From: Bacteroidia bacterium
GTDB lineage: Bacteria > Bacteroidota > Bacteroidia > 2-12-FULL-35-15
Assembly (NCBI GenBank): GCA_035696085.1
Contig: DASRRA010000072.1
Span: 1-46,513 of the forward strand
DNA length: 46,513 bases
Reading direction: 5' to 3'
How positions within the stretch are numbered: the stretch's first letter is position 1; each line of letters starts with the position of its first letter. Below, one piece after another: positions 42,658 to 46,513 of this stretch. Made by a program: the position numbers and the translations under genes. A model generated the notes under the pieces. The model did no database searches. It was not told where the DNA came from and was given only the letters and a program-made list of their open reading frames with translations.

Positions 42658-45312
42658 TTAATTCAAATACTCTTTTGCTTTTTCCAGTGCTTTCGTTAAC
42701 CCTTGTGAGTTGGTTCCTCCAGCCGTAGCATAAAATGGCTGTCCACCGCCACCGCCTAAAATTTCTTTCGCAATCTCGCGAACAATATTGCCTGCATTTA
42801 GCTTTTTATCTTTCACAAGGCTGTCAGAGATAATTACCGATAAACTTGGTTTTCCATTTACATCTGCGCCCAGCACCATGAATAAATTCTCCACCTGGTC
42901 GCGTAATTCAAAGGATAAATTTTTAATTGCATCTGCAGAATCCAATTCGATTTTTTCTGCAATAAAATTAATTCCATTGATCTGTTGTTTTTTTCCAAGC
43001 AATTCCTTTTTCAAATCTTTTGCTTTATCGCGATGCAAGGAAGCTACTTGTTTTTGCAATTCAGCGTTTTGATCCAATAAGCCCTGTACACTCTTCAATA
43101 CATCTTTAGGGTTTTTCAACAAGGATTTTAATTGATGAATTAAATCAATCTGATCATTGAAGAACTGCTCCGCTTTTAAAGAGGTAATCGCTTCTATTCT
43201 TCGGATACCTGAAGCTACAGCAGATTCCGAAACAATTTTAAATAAACCAATTTGTGCTGTTGATGGAACATGCGTACCTCCGCATAACTCTATCGAATAG
43301 TTTTTATCAAATGTTACCACACGAACCACCTCTCCATATTTCTCTCCAAACAAAGCCATAGCGCCCAATTTACGTGCATCATCAATTGGCATCTCCTTAA
43401 TATCAGCAGCAATATTTTCCCGGATTTTATGATTTACGATTGTTTCAATTTGTTGAATCTCATCCTCTGTAACTTTTGAAAAATGAGAGAAGTCAAATCG
43501 CAAATAATCTTCATTTACCAATGAACCTTTTTGCTCCACATGTGAGCCCAGTACTTGTCGCAATGCAGCATGCAGCAAATGCGTCGCACTGTGATTATTT
43601 TCTGTCAGCAGACGTTTCTCTGCATCTACTTTTGCATGAAAAGTTCTGTCTATATCCTCCGGAAGTTTCTCTGCAAAGTGAATGATGATTCCATTTTCTT
43701 TTTTGGTATCAATAATTTTCACCACTTCATTTGCCGATTCAATAATTCCGGTATCTCCTACTTGCCCTCCACTTTCTGCATAAAAAGGAGTATGATCAAA
43801 TACCAGTTGGTATTGCTGTTTTCCTTTTGCTTTCACCTGGCGGTATTGAATAATTTTTACATCACTCTCCAGTTGCTTGTAACCAACAAATATTCTCCCC
43901 CCCTCATTTGCGCTTCTTCCATCCACCAACACCCAATCGCCGGTATCTACTGCTGTTGCTTCGCGGGAACGTTTTTTCTGTTTTTCTAACTCCGTTTGAA
44001 AACCAACTTCATCAATTGTCAAATCATATCCACGGGCGATCAATGCGGTTAAGTCAATTGGAAACCCATATGTATCGTATAACTCGAAAGCAATTTTGCC
44101 ATCAATTACTTTTTCTTTCTTTCCGGAAGTAACGATGCATGCCTGATCAATGCGTTTAAGGCCATTTTCCAATGTTCTGAAAAATGAAACTTCTTCTTCA
44201 CGAATTACTTTTTCAATCAATAATTTTTGCGATATTAACTCCGGGAATGCTTGTCCCATTTGTGCTGATAATACAGGAACCAAACGATACATAAACGGCT
44301 CTTTCAATTCCAGCGATTGATAACCATACCGTATTGCTCTTCTTAAAATTCTGCGAATTACATAGCCAGCTCCTGTATTCGAAGGAAGCTGTCCATCTGC
44401 TATGCTGAATGAAATGGCACGAATATGATCGGCAATCACACGCATAGCAATGTTAATGATTTGTTGTTTTTTATGATCTTCTTGTTCGGGTTTATAGCGG
44501 CAACCACTTAGCTCTTCAATTTTATTGAGCAAGGGCATAAATACATCCGTATCATAGTTTGATTGTTTTCCTTGCAATACAACACATAAGCGCTCAAAAC
44601 CCATCCCAGTATCTACATGTTGTGCGGGTAGTTTTTCAAGTTTACCATCCGCTTTGCGATTAAACTCCATAAATACATTGTTCCAAATCTCGATCACTTG
44701 CGGATGGCCTGTATTTACTAATGTCTTACCATCTACTTTTTCACGCTCAGCATTGGTTCGAATATCGCAGTGAATTTCCGAGCAGGGTCCACATGGACCT
44801 GTATCCCCCATTTCCCAGAAATTGTCTTTTTTATTTCCTTTCAATATGCGATCTTCCGGAATGTATTGTTCCCATAAGTCATAGGCTTCCTGGTCGAATG
44901 CCAAGCCGTCCTCTGTGCTTCCTTCAAATACAGTCACATACAAGCGGCTTTTATCAATTTTATAAACCTCGGTTAGCAGTTCCCAAGCCCAGGCAATAGC
45001 CTCTTTTTTAAAATAGTCACCGAAACTCCAGTTTCCAAGCATTTCAAACATGGTGTGGTGATAGGTATCCACTCCTACTTCTTCCAGGTCATTGTGCTTA
45101 CCACTTACGCGCAAGCATTTTTGTGTGTCAGCAACACGGGGGTATTTAATAGGTGCATTTCCTAAAAACAAATCTTTAAAAGGGGCCATACCCGAGTTAT
45201 TAAACATTAGGGTTGGATCATTTTTAACTACCATAGGGGCAGATGGAACAATCTCATGACCTTTTGATTTAAAAAACTCCAAAAATGTTTGACGCACCTT
45301 AGTTGATTCCAT
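42658..45312 (-). CDS. alaS: Alanine-tRNA ligase
   Basis: 884 aa. Class II core (FTNSG-type [34 protein letters not shown]), editing-domain HSATHLLH and CGGTHV, and a C-terminal DHHA1-like GGGG region. Confidence 0.95.
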   Translation of the reverse strand: MESTKVRQTFLEFFKSKGHEIVPSAPMVVKNDPTLMFNNSGMAPFKDLFLGNAPIKYPRVADTQKCLRVSGKHNDLEEVGVDTYHHTMFEMLGNWSFGDYFKKEAIAWAWELLTEVYKIDKSRLYVTVFEGSTEDGLAFDQEAYDLWEQYIPEDRILKGNKKDNFWEMGDTGPCGPCSEIHCDIRTNAEREKVDGKTLVNTGHPQVIEIWNNVFMEFNRKADGKLEKLPAQHVDTGMGFERLCVVLQGKQSNYDTDVFMPLLNKIEELSGCRYKPEQEDHKKQQIINIAMRVIADHIRAISFSIADGQLPSNTGAGYVIRRILRRAIRYGYQSLELKEPFMYRLVPVLSAQMGQAFPELISQKLLIEKVIREEEVSFFRTLENGLKRIDQACIVTSGKKEKVIDGKIAFELYDTYGFPIDLTALIARGYDLTIDEVGFQTELEKQKKRSREATAVDTGDWVLVDGRSANEGGRIFVGYKQLESDVKIIQYRQVKAKGKQQYQLVFDHTPFYAESGGQVGDTGIIESANEVVKIIDTKKENGIIIHFAEKLPEDIDRTFHAKVDAEKRLLTENNHSATHLLHAALRQVLGSHVEQKGSLVNEDYLRFDFSHFSKVTEDEIQQIETIVNHKIRENIAADIKEMPIDDARKLGAMALFGEKYGEVVRVVTFDKNYSIELCGGTHVPSTAQIGLFKIVSESAVASGIRRIEAITSLKAEQFFNDQIDLIHQLKSLLKNPKDVLKSVQGLLDQNAELQKQVASLHRDKAKDLKKELLGKKQQINGINFIAEKIELDSADAIKNLSFELRDQVENLFMVLGADVNGKPSLSVIISDSLVKDKKLNAGNIVREIAKEILGGGGGQPFYATAGGTNSQGLTKALEKAKEYLN

Positions 45313-45455
45313 TGAATTCTATTTTTACTGTTAACTACTCTATTAAGCGAAATTTGCATGATTTTCCTAATTCATGCTGTTTTTTTGTGGATTCATGTAT
45401 ACTTTTTACATCTTTTAACGTAAGCGCATATAGTCCTAAACAATTTCATTGATTG

Positions 45456-45463
45456 CAAATTTA
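45456..45463 (-). promoter_or_regulatory. Possible -7 box (TAAATTTG on minus strand) for alaS, implying a roughly 140-nt leader
   Basis: CAAATTTA on the plus strand. It is the only exact TAnnTTTG I found upstream of alaS. Confidence 0.25.
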
Positions 45464-45501
45464 GTTTATTTGTGTAAATTCGCGTCAATTGAAGAAAATT
45501 A

Positions 45502-46479
45502 ATGAGCAAAATCAAATATAAATTCAATACCAAGTCGCTCACGTATGAGAAGGTCACTGTTTCTTTCTTTAAGAGACTATGGCAGGCCCTCTCCTACCTT
45601 GCAACGGGCTTGGTTTTCGCGACCATCGCGATTTTCATTGCATACAATTACTTCGATTTAAATTCTCCCAAGGAAAAACAGTTAAAAAGAGAAATGGCTG
45701 AATTGAGCCTTCAATATCAGTTATTAAATAATCGTATGGGAGAAGTCTCTGAGGTGTTGGATGATATCCAGGAACGCGATAATAATATTTACCGTACCAT
45801 TTTTGAAGCGGAACCTATTCCCATTTCCATCAGAAAAGCCGGATTTGGAGGGGTTGAGCGTTATAAAGAGTTGCAAGGATATGACAATTCAGAGCTGATG
45901 ATTGCAACGAATATCCGTCTGGACCGACTAAGCAAACAGTTGTATATTCAATCCAAATCATTTGATGAAGTGGCGAAACTGGTGAAAAACAAAGCGCAAT
46001 TATTAGCCTCTATTCCAGCTATACAGCCTATTTCCAACGAAGAGTTAAAACACCAGCCGTCTGGTTTTGGCTGGAGAACACACCCTATTTATAAAACACC
46101 TGAGTTTCACCCGGGGATGGATTTCGCCTCACCCGAAGGAACGGAGATCCACGCAACCGGCGATGGTGTTGTTATGCGTGCTGATAACATGGCTCAGGGC
46201 TATGGTAACCACGTCGTATTGGATCATGGATACGGTTATGAAACGCTTTATGGACACATGTCCAAATTAGCTGTTCATGTAGGGCAACAGGTAAAAAGAG
46301 GCCAATTAATCGGTTATGTGGGCAGTACTGGTCTGTCTACCGCCCCTCACGTACATTATGAGGTTCATAAAAACGGACAAAACGTCAACCCTATCAACTT
46401 CTATTACAACGACTTAACTCCAGAACAATATCAAAAATTGATAGAAATTTCATCTCAGTCTTCTCAATCCTTTGATTAA
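45502..46479 (+). CDS. M23-family (LytM-type) metallopeptidase with N-terminal membrane anchor
   Basis: TM segment LSYLATGLVFATIAIFIAY, a coiled coil, then the motifs HPGMDFA, GNHVVLDHG and GSTGLSTAPHVHYEV. Confidence 0.9.
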   Translation: MSKIKYKFNTKSLTYEKVTVSFFKRLWQALSYLATGLVFATIAIFIAYNYFDLNSPKEKQLKREMAELSLQYQLLNNRMGEVSEVLDDIQERDNNIYRTIFEAEPIPISIRKAGFGGVERYKELQGYDNSELMIATNIRLDRLSKQLYIQSKSFDEVAKLVKNKAQLLASIPAIQPISNEELKHQPSGFGWRTHPIYKTPEFHPGMDFASPEGTEIHATGDGVVMRADNMAQGYGNHVVLDHGYGYETLYGHMSKLAVHVGQQVKRGQLIGYVGSTGLSTAPHVHYEVHKNGQNVNPINFYYNDLTPEQYQKLIEISSQSSQSFD

Positions 46480-46513
46480 TGCTCATGTTTAACCCATTAA
46501 TTTCTTTCCGATA

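Noticed and set aside
43476-44132. Antisense ORFs (69, 144 and 74 aa) inside alaS, and similar ones inside gatB (28047..28694)
   Set aside because: They are fully embedded in well-supported essential genes. They have no promoter box or plausible start context, and the peptide sequences look nonsensical.

Overview
This 46.5-kb window looks like core chromosome from a Bacteroidota bacterium. The evidence is a fused lpxC/fabZ gene, a PorX-type receiver-PglZ regulator, TAnnTTTG -7 promoter boxes, an apparent lack of Shine-Dalgarno sites, and many lipoprotein and beta-barrel signal peptides. Coding density is very high.

Gene order, left to right:
- TolC/HlyD/MFS tripartite efflux operon (5' end cut by the window edge)
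- DUF4258 protein and an AlaDH-family dehydrogenase
- small OMP and a GDPD-like lipoprotein
- GT4 and GT87-like glycosyltransferases
- tsaE and porX
- HD phosphohydrolase, then lpxD, lpxC/fabZ, lpxA and an orphan ABC ATPase
- two paralogous small OMPs
- efp
- a second, shorter lpxD paralog
- GAF-PP2C phosphatase
- surface-polysaccharide block: O-antigen ligase/polymerase-like gene, two tandem Wzz genes, Wzx flippase, and a divergent GT4
- a tightly packed gatB, TlpA-like redoxin, M1 peptidase, lpxH, hypothetical run
- gap and lipA
- exported protein, OsmC and YtxJ
- ung
- a 937-aa outer-membrane barrel
- alaS
- M23 peptidase

I found no rRNA, tRNA, CRISPR array, transposase, integrase or prophage genes. 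I also found no convincing multi-gene defence system. The PglZ and HD proteins here are the housekeeping PorX and lpxD-linked types.

The least-explained items:
1. Two tandem mini-lipoprotein genes (44 and 50 aa), absent from the ORF track, share a CK-x3-HC-x-AY-x-K core. They are stop/start-coupled to ytxJ and sit next to osmC.
2. A 32-nt REP-like repeat family occurs once at 3478 and as a tandem array at 35875. Both copies abut and include the TAG stop of a minus-strand gene.
3. A 28-29 bp near-perfect inverted repeat lies in a long C-rich spacer ahead of lpxD.
4. Several -7 boxes lie only 4-6 nt from start codons, which suggests leaderless mRNAs.
5. A membrane-anchored DUF4258 toxin-fold protein has no visible partner.
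6. An M1 peptidase carries a roughly 440-aa C-terminal region that looks like a barrel.

All functional calls come from reading motifs by eye. No database search was run.
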